Assembly: GCF_022045235.1 (NCBI RefSeq)
Contig: NW_027266330.1
Location: 34,224,001 to 34,288,000, forward strand
DNA from: Haliotis cracherodii
Lineage: Eukaryota
Length of the DNA: 64,000 nucleotides
Reading direction: 5' to 3'
In this document: one piece after another, positions 12,301 to 24,470 of the stretch
How the letters are laid out: every line of letters starts with the position of its first letter
Numbering within the stretch: position 1 is the stretch's first letter
The notes under the pieces: model-generated
Databases searched by the model: none
Told to the model about the DNA's origin: nothing
The model's input: only the letters and a program-made list of their open reading frames with translations
Program-made: the position numbers and the translations under genes

Positions 12301-14406
12301 TCACCGAGTACATGTGATTACTTAAACTTAGTGTTCGTGAACGACCCTGCAGGCGCCTGTTTGCAGGATATCAATCATGTCCAACTAAAACATTATTCGA
12401 AAAGATCCCAGGCCATCCCAGACTATCAAATGATCGGTCCCTAAGCCAAGACGGAGACCCCATACGAAACAAAACATCACTTTAATAATCTTCTGCAGAA
12501 CAAAGCTCACTTTACCACACCAACCTACCAGTTAGACATCAGGCATATTAATGCAAACACATAATCTATCATGGTGACGTTATGAGTTTACAGGTCACAT
12601 GTCAATTCTGTGGTTTATGCTTTCTTGGGAAATTAGAGCCTTCCTTTCTCAGAATTGAGAATGATTGTAGGTCAGAAGGTTTGAGATCTATCTCTGTCAT
12701 GAGCTAGCTTTCAGCGGACAGCGGGAGTGATTGTTTGCAATTTCAAAAAGCAAATTCGTTTCATCATAGAAGACGGGTTTGAAGAGAAATGTGTGAAAGA
12801 TGTTATTATATAGAAATGGTATTTTCTGCCAACCATTCTGTTTGACTGAAACCTTCAATTGCATTATTTCCTAAAACCAACAAATATACTAGAGTTTACA
12901 AAATATGTCTTTAATTCCTTCAAATCTCTCGAACAGGTGTTAATCAGGTGGCTAATCATGCTATGGTGTCTAATGATCATTATAAAAATGTGGCTTGCTT
13001 TCCTAACATATTCAGTCACGGAATCCAATGCGCCACAAAAGTATTTCTCTTGTGCACCGTCCATGGAATATTGACAGTTCCATCAATAATTATAATACGT
13101 CTACAGTTCCAGGAGTTGGTGCTGGTCTAGACTATCAATGGGTATAAACGCATTGGTTTCATTTGTAACAAAATCTGTTACACAAGTACAAGTCTACGCA
13201 CTCTATAAAAAAATACATTAGGAAATAAGATTACTATATTCTAAGGGGATTATTTTTTAATACTGCACATGATGAAGCGGTACAAGTTTTTCGCAAAGAC
13301 ATTGAACATAATTTTAAACCCTAATCATGAACTGTCACAATCCATACTGCAATGAATACACATAAACACATGAGACTCATCTAGAGTGTCCTTTATTCTT
13401 TAAGTACCAAATTATATACACAAGTTATGATGTACCTTAATCAATCAAGTGGTCCGACCCGTGACGATCAGGTGTAGAATAGGTCTTAGGCAACCCATGG
13501 CTTGCCGTAAAAAGGCGACTATAGTTTTCGTGAGAGGCGACCAACGGGATAGTGAAGTCAGGCTCGCTGACTTGGTTCAAGCATGTCATCGTTTCCAAAT
13601 TGCGTGGATCGATGCTCATGATATCAATCACTGGATTGTCTGGTACAGACTCGATTATTTACAGACCGCCGTCATATAGCTGGAGTATTGCTGAGTGCGG
13701 CGTTTAACAGCAAACAACCAGCCCACTAATCAATTTTTGTAGAGCATGGTTAATATAGGTAAATTTACATAGACACAAAGATTTGCAACTACAACAAAAT
13801 GTTTCGGCACCCATTCATTGTATCATTTGTTCCCTGTGGTTATTGTTAATATATGTACACATGCCGTTGCTACTAAATGCGTAAAGTGCAGTGTTGCATG
13901 TTCATGGATGATACATAAATTGACTGATACCATAAAACCATCCAATCAGAACGATACAGAGCTTGTATCTTTCTAGAGACTGGCGACACTGGTTAAGGCA
14001 GCAGAGGGTCAGTGGATTCCTCTTTCCAGGAGACACGAGTGCCGAAATTCGTTGAGCAGAGTTGTGTCCCTTGGGCACGTCAGGAACCTGTGATTGTGGG
14101 TTCGAATTCCTAAGTGGTAAACGTCTGAGCCATACATCACTTCGAGCTCTCTTCCCACATTGAGCTGGCACGCCGTGATACATTCGGGATACTTGTAAAA
14201 GCGGCGTTGAACTCAATTACTCTCACTCTGTCCAAGATTCTTTTTGGAGTTCGCCATCAAAGATTTTCAGTGACTCCGCCTTTTGCGTCCAATGGAATCT
14301 GTTTCGGCAGATAATCGAGACTGATTATGCTCTGGCGTTGCTGTTATGAATTATTACGTGCACCCGAAAAATGCAAATACTCATTTCCATTTTATCGTGC
14401 CACTTT

Positions 14407-17233
14407 TCATGTTCCAAGATAATACAAACCGACAAAGTTTGAAGGCGGGTATTCGTAGACATACGACAGGTTGCTCACATGAACAAAAAGGTCATCATTT
14501 TGTCTCAGCCGGATTGTAGCAGAGAGGTAGCTCGTGACGAACCTCTCACTGACTTCCGGCATCGTCTTCGTAGCCATTAGAATGACAGAAGAGCCTATAT
14601 TTGGCAGGTGCGCGTTAATCCTGTTGATGGTGTGAAGGATGTCTTCAGGTCGGCGTCGGCGCTGTTTGGTCTTAAACGTGAAGAAGGAATAGACGTGGTA
14701 GAGGCCGGGCCTAGTGATATGAAGGTTTTGGCCATCACTGTCAATGTCGCTACTGATGTAGGCGGAGTTTGAGCCGTAGTTCTGATTCCACGACACAGAC
14801 GGTGCTGTAATTGGAGTGAGTTAGTGAGGTTAACGTCATTGTGAACTGCACGTCAGTTGTATCATGCCTTGTCGGCAAACTATATGTTGAAGGAAAGGCC
14901 TAACGAGATCATCGACTTTTACCATTTTGACGAAACCGTCAAGCATGGGTATGATGCTGACAAACCAAGGACAATGTCCAGTACAAAACCGGGATTCGAA
15001 CCCAGGATAATCGGATTCCAGCATGACTAAGGGACTCCGCATTTTTTTACCAAGCAAACACCGCTCCACTCAATAAAAACTACTGTTAAAACGAACTGAA
15101 AGGGACCACTAATTTTAATTCGTTATAGCCATAGTTTGTTATAAGAATATGTTCGACATATATACAACACCTGGCCAGGACCAAAAACTAGTTCGTTATA
15201 TCGGTCAGTTCGTTATAAACGTGTTCTTTATAAACGTATTTTACTGTATATACTCTGCTATAAAAACCTTGAAAAGTAGTAAAATCGTATATATCCGATT
15301 ACCATCTGTTGATTATTTACATAATATATAAAATATGCATCTAAAACACTTTTGCGTTTCTTTTTTTTTGCGGAGTATGAATAGACTGTACTTACGTTGA
15401 CGCTTTAAAGCTTCGCTGTCGACGTATAGGTGAGCTCCGGTTTGTTTCGGACTGGTTCGTGCACTGCTACTGAAAGCATCACCACGTGTTTCTGTGTGGA
15501 ATCTGTTCGCAAACTGAAAAAAAGGCTCCGAGATAAGCAGGCTCATTTTGGGGGGTACGAGGTGTATCTGGGTTTCCCCATCAGAGGTCGAGGAGTAGCT
15601 GAGCTGGAGTAGTATATCTCTAAGTACCCCTATAGATTGTTTTACAATTACACCATACCCTTGAAGATCTTGGGTAGAATAGGTTTTCAGCAACCCATGT
15701 TTGCCGTAACAGGCGACTATGCTTGTCGTAAGACGCAACTAACGGGATCGGGTGGTCAGGCTCGCTGACTTGGTTGATGCATGTCATCGTATCCCCATTG
15801 CGTGGATCGATGCTAATGATGGCAATCACTGGATTGTCTGGTCCAGACTCGATTATTTACAGACCGCCGTCATAAATCTAGACTATTTCTGAGTACGGTG
15901 TTAAAAAAACAACAGACAAACAATTACACCTACATAAACAGTTACAAAGGTACTTTATATATGGTATTGATATGTCACGCAAATAAATAATAGAAAGTTG
16001 GGCAGGACAATATTAGCTGGTTCATACGTACCTATTTGGTGTCTAAAATTTGATAGATGACATTGGTAGATTGAACTGCATATCTAATGTTTCAATATGA
16101 ACATTAATCATGTCATATGTCATATACATTTACCAGCATTTCACCCAAGCCACCTGTATTTTTGAGTGATGACCGGAAGTGATGCAGGTCTCAGACGTTT
16201 CCCAGGGGTATTGTGCTGATAATCCCGGAATCATAATCAGGGCGAACAGGAACTCTAACAGTAATGAGTGAGTGAGTATGGTTTTACGCCGCCTTTAGCA
16301 ATATTCCGGCAATATCACGGCGGCGGGCACCAGGAATGGGCTTCACACACGGTACCCATGTCGGGAATCAAACCCGGGTCGTCGGCGTGTCGGGTGAACG
16401 CTTTACCCACTAGGCTCCCCGCCCCCAAGCAATATTGTGGCGGGGGACCCCAGAAATGGGCTTCACAAATTGTACCCATATTGGGAACCGAACCGATCGT
16501 ACTTAAGGATCACTAAATTGCATCGGGCGGTCAGGCTCAGAGACTTTGTTGATTGTGTGACATCAAACTCCGACGAGTTGGCCCGTAGGACGTTATTCAT
16601 GATATCAATCACTGGTTTGTCTCGAATGCGGCACAAAACGGGTCACAATCAAATAAACAAACAAAACAAACAAATATTACAACATGACTACTATAAGGTA
16701 CGAGGTAGCAAACCATCCCAGATAACATATTCGTCAGCAAATTAACAGACCAATTAAATTATTTTTCTAAATTCTGAACTCACAATTGACGCAAGCCTCC
16801 ACAATCCTTCTGCATTCCGCAAACAACATAAGAAGGACGAGCCAGTCACGTGATGCACGTGCAGCTCATCCAAGGTGGACTTTCGCCTGTCAGGATAGAC
16901 ACCCAGCGAACTGCAGTCCGTGCAAACCGTGTTTTCATGCCCATCAGAATCCCGGGCCTCTGCGTGCGGACTGTCGCCTGATTCATGCTGCATATAGTTC
17001 AATACATACACCACAGCAAGAACATTGATCCCCAGAGAAACAAACAGGACAACAGCTGCTGTATTGCGTTTACAACCTCGAGTCTTTCGTTCAAAGCCAT
17101 CCGATGTAACGTCCCGTGAGAGGTGCCTAACTTTACAATAGCTGGACTCCGTGTCGTCCATTTGCTCTGGGGCAGTGTCGCATATCTCGTAGTTGGTCTT
17201 CTGGAGATCGGCAGTTGATGTCTTTGCCGCCAT
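14407..17233 (-). CDS. TNF superfamily ligand G2 (~321 aa, 3 exons; closest paralog of G1)
   Basis: Exons 17233-16784 (TM, CTDC..CC; GTGAGT), 15513-15396 (FANRFH...GAHLYVD; GTAAGT) and 14804-14407 (THD: GLYHVYS, TSYLSA, FVGLY). By manual count the THD is about two-thirds identical to G1, and the last exon has the same 398-nt length. Confidence 0.9.
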
Positions 17234-17396
17234 TTTTCAAGGGTTGTTAAACGTTTACGCTGTTTCCACGAAGCCGTTTTCTCGGAAACACTGGTGACGC
17301 GTGTTCGGCAGGTGAATAGCTTTGACCTACATATACATGCCCGCTTATCGCCTGCCTGCCTGACTGCGCTCTTTGTGTTTACTAACAATGTCACGT

Positions 17397-17419
17397 TATA
17401 AATAGTCACTGGTTTTCCC
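17397..17419 (-). promoter_or_regulatory. G2 promoter: TATA-like box plus kB-like site
   Basis: TATAAATAG-N4-TGGTTTTCCC, the same order and spacing as TATAAATAG-N4-GGGGTTTCCC in G1. Confidence 0.45.
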
Positions 17420-18968
17420 TGTGTTTGTTCCTTGTAATTCATTACACATTTACAGACTTCAGATCCGATGTGACTGTCACAGGATCCAGTGTATTTGACC
17501 TCTGACCTCTGACGCTTGTTGTAGAGCCTGTGAAATACAACGTTCATGTGTTTTTCATTGTGTGCCATGGCCCGTGAAGATGCGGGGTAGAATAGGTTTT
17601 CAGCAACCCATGCTTGCCTTAAAAGGCGACTATGCTTGTCGTAAGAGGCGACTAACGGGATCGGGTTGTCAGGCTCGCTGACTTGGTTGATGCAGGTCAC
17701 CGATCCCAATTGCGTGAACCGATGCTCATGATATCAATCACTGGTTTCCAGACTCGATTATTAACAAACCGCTGTCATATAGCTGGAATATTGCTGAGTG
17801 CGGCGTGAAACAACAAACCAACAATGGGTTATGGGTTATGGGAGGAGAAATTTTTAAAGGACGATTAGTGTAAGGCTTGCAGTTAATAATTTCAATACTT
17901 GCAAGAAACAAAAGGTTTCAGAAATATATTTTGCAATAACAGAGGAGGGCAGATAAAATGTCTCGCGGTAAACATTTCTTTTCTAGTTGACTCAGCACAA
18001 TAGGTAAATGCCTCTCAGCTGATGATGAAACTTCGACCCAGTAAAACATGAACACCAGAGAATACTCGTCCATTAGGCGTAAATGGCAAACCCATTTAAA
18101 TCTTCACCTTCACAAATCCCCATATGCTGTGTCAATATTCACTTGCTTATGCAAACCTCCTTGCCCTACTAAGATAACACACACTATAGTTTAATCATAT
18201 TTCTAAGTTGTAATGTGTGAGCAGGAAGTCTCATTTCTGAATAATCTCAACATTGGGTCATCTGTTAGTTTAGGATCAAGAGCGTAACCAATGTTATATT
18301 CATCGACAGCCTCCGTGGTCTTGTGGTAGAGCGTCCGCCCGGAGAGCGGAAGGTCCGGGGCTAAAACAAGGACTGGTCGGCTCGGAGTCGGTATACTGCG
18401 TCTGAGTGGGGTATTCATGTTAAACTGCGGCATGGTATCTCGGTGTGCTAGCACTATAAATCGGCATCAGTCCGGCTGCCCGGTGTAGAATAGGTCTTCA
18501 GCAACCCATGCTTGCCGTAAAAGGTGACTAAGCTTGTCGTAAGAGGAGACTAACGGGATCGGGTGGTCTGACTTGCTGACTTGGTTGATGTATGTCATCG
18601 TATCCCAGAATCCTTCGACAATGGGTTCGAATCCAAACTTCTCCCTGATTATATTTCTTGGTTTGTAAGCACAATTCTCGTGCTCGTGGCTTTCACCAAC
18701 GGTATGCGTCTGAGACCTGCATCACCTCAGGCTTCCCTCTTATATTAAGTTGACACGCCGTGATATAACAGAAATGCTTTTAAAAGAGGCGTTAAACCAA
18801 ACTAACTCGCTGCTTAAACCGTTTGTGTCTTTAGGGTTTTGATGTTTGTACCTCTGTCCCAAACAAAGTAACCTTCTTACTGCCATCGTACTATTGATTA
18901 TCAGTGTGACATTATGTTATTTCAGTTTTATGTTATTTCGGTTTTTGTTGCAAGTGGAATTGATGCAA

Positions 18969-19250
18969 GGGGGCACGGGTGGCACAGTCGTCTAAGGCGC
19001 CTCGATTCGCTTCCCAGAGTTGCGTCCCTTGGGCACGCCAGAAACCTAAGATTGTGGGTTCGAATCCCGGTTCGCCCCGATTATGTTTCTAGGTTTGTCA
19101 GCACCATACCTGTGCTAGTGGGTTTCAACGAAGGGGTAAACGTCTGAGACCTGCATCACTTCGCGCTTTTCTCCAAAATGAATCTGACACGCCGTGATGT
19201 AACTGGAATAATTTTAAAAGCGGCGTTAAACCCAACTCACTCACTCACTC
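18969..19250 (+). mobile_element. SINE family C (tRNA-like head, V-SINE-like central domain), representative copy
   Basis: A and B boxes (TGGCNCAGTCG; GGTTCGAATCC) and a central GTGGGTTTC...TTTCCTCCCACA resembling the V domain. Other copies at 1296-1575, 20953-21230(-), 23703-23980(-), 47306-47573(-) and 57701-57917(-), plus partials. Confidence 0.8.
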
Positions 19251-22200
19251 ATACAAACCTTAGTCATGTCAAACAAACACAGAGATTATTCTTTCTACGT
19301 GTGTGTGTTCCTTGTATGATGCCGTCAGTTATATTCCTGTTAAATAAGGGAATCTGAGCCCGTCACAACCAGTGGTTGATATTATGAACAACACCCCACC
19401 CTGTCGGGGAACGCAGCCTGACCACCATGAACTTATGTTATCGTGTCTTAGGGACCGATCATTTGATTATCCTTGGGGGTGATTTTGTATCGAGACTACA
19501 TATTTTTATATGAACAAGATACAGCTATGAACAAGATATTTTTTAATTTAAAACTATGAGCCTATTTTTTTTTAAAACAACACCTTCCAACAATACCATT
19601 TTTGGCAGGAAAATTCTATTTTTCCAACACCCCGAAGCATAATTATTTTGTTCATGAATAATTTTTCGACAACACCAGGCTCCTGCGAACCGGACCCTTT
19701 TCTGTATTAATTTACAAGTACTACGAAACAGGGTATCGGTGAACAGTCAGGTGTGCAGGGTCCTAAAGTATGAAGTTCTTTTCAAATATGACCCTTTGCG
19801 CTTTTTGTTACTTTTGACACCTTATCATGTGTGTCAAAACGTCTAAACATTTTTTCAGGTTGTTATCTTCAATGTCTTCCTTGCTATTAAATTATAGGCT
19901 CCAATGTCTGTATTTGTGTCTCGTAAAAGATAGTTTGAAAATACTTCCCTCTAGAGTCAGTGTTAAAAGCGACAAACACATTCCATAATCATGTCATAGG
20001 CATGTGTTTATGAATCACCATCAAAACCCTGTGCAACTTGAGCGTTCACTCGCTGACCTCACTGCCCAACACGGTAAATATAAATTTTATAAATTGTAGC
20101 AGGATCACTTGTGGTTCTTGGGGTTTTTATAGTTAGGTGTTTAACCCCGAGCCTGAGGCTTTCTCTTTCGAAGCGGGGTATAAGGGATTTATTCTGCCAC
20201 TCAGAAATACACGTGCAGCCTGACTTGTTCGTGGCGGGGTATAATGGATTTGTTCTCACGCTGCTTCATTTAGTTCATTCCAAAGCCGGACACATAGTAT
20301 ATTATCAAGATCACGTGGACCAGCCAGATCTCATCATTCAGACATGTAAAGTATGATAAACATAGGTTATACCCATGCCATTATGGTGTTATTGTTGTGT
20401 CGCTATCAACAAGGCAAACCCGTAATAAGTCTAAACATTTGTCTTCTATATTACCATTGAACAGTGATATTATTTACATTTTTTAATCATTTCACTCTCA
20501 TGTCATCGATTCCCAATAGCGTGGATCGATGCTCATGATGTCAATCACTTGATTGTCTGGTCCAGACTCGATTATTTACAGACCACCGTCATATAGCTGG
20601 AATATTGCTGAGTGCGGCGTTAAACAACAGACAAACAAACAAACAAAAAAGTAGCATGATGCCGTGCATCGTGGTCATGTGAGCCCTACATATCTATGTG
20701 GCATCGGGACCTGACTTGTTTGTTGTTTTACCTCACAGTCAGTCATATACCAGCTATATCACGGCGACCAATAAATAATAGAGACCCTACGAACCAGTGA
20801 TTAATAGCATGAAGAAAGTGTACGCCGTCGGTGTACTTCGACACACAATCAGCCCGTGACCAGTACAGTCTGACCGCACGACTCTGAGGCTGCCACAATG
20901 CGTAGGGGATCCGCTACTTGTTACATCAGTTCCAGTGCAGTAACACTCATTGTGAGTGAGTGAGTTGGGTTTAACGCCGCTTTTAACAGGATTCCAGTCA
21001 TATCGCGGCGTGTCAGCTTAATGTGGGAGGAAAGCCCTAAGTCATGCAGGTCTCAGACGTTTACCACTTGGTGAAACCCACGAGCACGGGTATGGTGCTG
21101 ACAAACCTAGAAACATAATCGAGGCGAACCGGGATTCGAACCCACAATCATAGGTTTCTGGCGAGCCCAAGGGACGCAACTCTGCATAGCGAATCGCGGC
21201 GCCTTAGACGACTGGGCCACCCGTGCCCCCTAACTCATTGTGAGTTGTACCAACAGCAATGCCCGAAGCACACATTGACAAAGAATCACCACAATAGTAT
21301 CATTTTATATTCTTTCTCGACGTTTTCTGTTCATGGTGTTTTTATCTGTTTTAACACAATTAATAAAGTTTAGTACTCTTAAATGTGTCTTCATATTGTA
21401 CTTTCTTTTTGTTACACGTTACTTTGAGTGCTCTTTTTCCACTGAATATGTCCAGCCTGAAAAGCCCATTTCTGGTGTCCCCCGCCGTGATATTGCTGGA
21501 ATATTGCTAAAAGCGGCGTGAAACCATACTCACTCACTCACTCAATCCTGAAAGGGTCAATTTCGGGTTTCTTCAGTGTGACCCGAACTTTTCTGTTGTA
21601 GGTGACGACAGGTATTTGGCAAATAGTCTCACCAAAGATTCCATCATGGCACTTGAATAAGCATTGAAAAACAATATATGTCATAAAAACTCATAAAATA
21701 AATGTAACGTGTAAATGTAATAATAGTGTTTCATACATTCTCAGCAGAAGAGCGTGATATGTTTCTCGACCAGCACGCGACATTTACCACGTCATTTTTA
21801 TTCGTACACGAAATGGGGGATAATTCGAAATGCACTTCAAAGGAATAGCCACATGCGTTTTTTCTCTTGCTCGCGAACATGTATGTTATTCGATACTTTC
21901 CTAACTAAGGTTAAAAGAAAAGATTTTGATCTAACACCAAGGACAATAAGACGTTGGTGTTGCTTTACTTCCTTGTCATTACGGGGAGTTTTACGGTGCT
22001 CTTTTCCCCCTGAATATGTCAAGCCTGAGACGTTCTGTTTGGTGTTTCACAGAAATGACATATCTGATATAGCTTTCAGAGAATGTGACCAATGATCAGT
22101 CACGAATCAAGGGGGCTTATGATCAGATATGTTACTACGTCTTCCCAATTCCATGTAGGTATTTCCAAGTTCCTCAACATTGATATGGTAGTTTATAATT

Positions 22201-24470
22201 CGCTTCTTCAAACACATTTTATAACATGAATATACTGTGAACAGTGTCCATGTGTTCAGATGTAGGACAATGTTCTGATTTCTGACGGGTTATAACGAGG
22301 GAACGTTTTGATCCCGTGAAATTGAAAAAATAAGTTGGGAAAACCTTTAACAATGCAATGTTGTAACCGGAAATCATTCTAAATGTATGACAAATTCAAA
22401 TATAGATTGGTGACTCATATGCATAAAAAATACAATTTTATAAAATGTCTGCTTAAAAAGGTCAACTCGTTTAAGAGAGATTGTCATCACAGGCCTGCAC
22501 TTTGTTCAACGCGTGGTAAGTCCGGGTTAGAATAGATCCACAGCAACCTATGGCGTCGTAAGAGGCGACCAAATGGATCCGGTGGTCAGTCTCGGTGACT
22601 TGGTTGATTAGCGTGTAATCGTACCCCGACGGCATGGAACATTCTTCGCTGGACTTTCTGGTCGAGACACGATTATTTACAGGCCGCCGTCATGTAGCTG
22701 GAATATTGCTGAGTGCGACGTTAGACAAAACCACAAAAACGTGTGTTATCTAAACAATACCTCAGAAAGCAGCTACGTGCTCGCGTTAAAAATAAATTGT
22801 CCTAGTTTTAAAGTAGCCTTTCATTTTCATCAGTCACAAAAACATTGCGGACAAGACAATATTTGTTATTAATTTCATTAACCGAAGGGCATGCGAGCTC
22901 TCAGTCATGTGAGGAACTTTCCTTATAATGTGCCTCATTTTCAATTCTGCAAATTCGAAAGCAGGCATGGATCCATGCCCTTTACAAGTCTACATCTAGT
23001 CGTTTGTCAGTCCAGATAAGTCATCGATCAGATCTGTTATACAGTCTACTGTCTAGTGGATAGATGGCCTGCTCAGAGAGTGGAAAGTCGTCCTTCGATA
23101 CCCTGGCCGCGTCATACGAAAAGACGTTAAAAATGGTACTTGTTGTTGCCCTGCCTGCTGTTGGGCATTAAGGGGCGTAAACAAGGACAGGCACCTTATC
23201 TCTTTTTGTTAAATGATTTGGAAGGAGTGATCCTGATTTCTTAATACCGTTCCCGTACTGACGAGGTAAATTCCTGCAGTGTTCGCAACAAAAATGTGCC
23301 ACTTGCTCAATCATTGTGAAACCTTTTTTTCAGCTAAAATATCTGATTGTCAGGGCAGACAAGCAGGCTAATAGCGACAATTGTTCATTTCCTATTTAAT
23401 GGTGACACTTGACTGGTGGGGCCAAAGTGTTACATAATGTTTACAGGGCAGAGGCAATGCATATATGTAGGTCAGAACAGTTAGGATGGGTGGTCTTCGT
23501 TTGGGAAAATAGCAAATATAAGGAATGTTTTTCATCTAGGAAATACGTGTATATGTGAGATGTAGTCATGAGCGTACATTAAGATCTGTGAAGATTGTTA
23601 TACGCCGCAGTCACTTCACGGCAGTCTGTAAATAACCAATATGAGCAAGCGAACCAGTGGCTGACAGTCTGAACAGCGATGCACGCCGTTGGATACGATT
23701 TAGAGTGGGTGAGTTGGGTTTAACGCCGCTTTTAACAGTATTCCAGTTATATCGCGGCGTGTCAGCTTAATGTGGGGGAAAGCTCGCAGTGATGCAGGTC
23801 TTAGACGTTTACCAGTTCGGTGAAACCCACGAGCACGGGTATGGTGCTGACAAACCTAGAAACATAATCGGGGCGAACCGGGATTCGAACCCACAATCAT
23901 AGGTTTCTGGCGTGCCCAAGGGACGCAAATGTGCACAGCGAATCGCGGCGCCTGAGACGACTGGGCCACCCGTGCCCCCCGGATGCGATTGGATGCAATC
24001 TGACTGATCCCACTCATTGTGGACACCGAAAATTGGGACTGACGACTAGTTTCTGATACTGAGATACGAAACTTTTATTGTTAAAAAAGCAAAAACAACA
24101 GTGTAATTAATCATGTTTTAATTGTAAAACACATAATTACAAAATATGTACTTGTTTGGTGTATGAGCGCAATTAATATTTATCAATAACAGAATTTTAA
24201 AAAGATATTAAACTAATTATGCGTCTTTTGTTTTACAAGCATTTTTAAACTCGGCTATATGTTTTTTCCCGAAAATTGTACGAACAAAATTTATTATTTG
24301 AACTTTAAGATTAATTATTGAAGAGGATTTTCCACATTAGTTTTAATAAACAATTAAATCGTTAATTTGGGGACATACCGTTAATATCACATTTTATTTA
24401 TTCCAAATGTTTCAAGATATGCCCCGAGTTCGCAATCGGCTTTACCAGAAAGGTCTTAAACTCTAAACAG

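Noticed and set aside
16999-17709. 236-aa ORF overlapping the G2 5' region, and many 60-100 aa ORFs with recurring peptides such as MTCINQVSEPDHPIPLV
   Set aside because: These are chance frames through SINE copies. The real G2 frame is 17233-16784.
18015-18040. CTGATGA...GAAAC hammerhead-like core
   Set aside because: There is no room for stem II and no convincing flanking stems.
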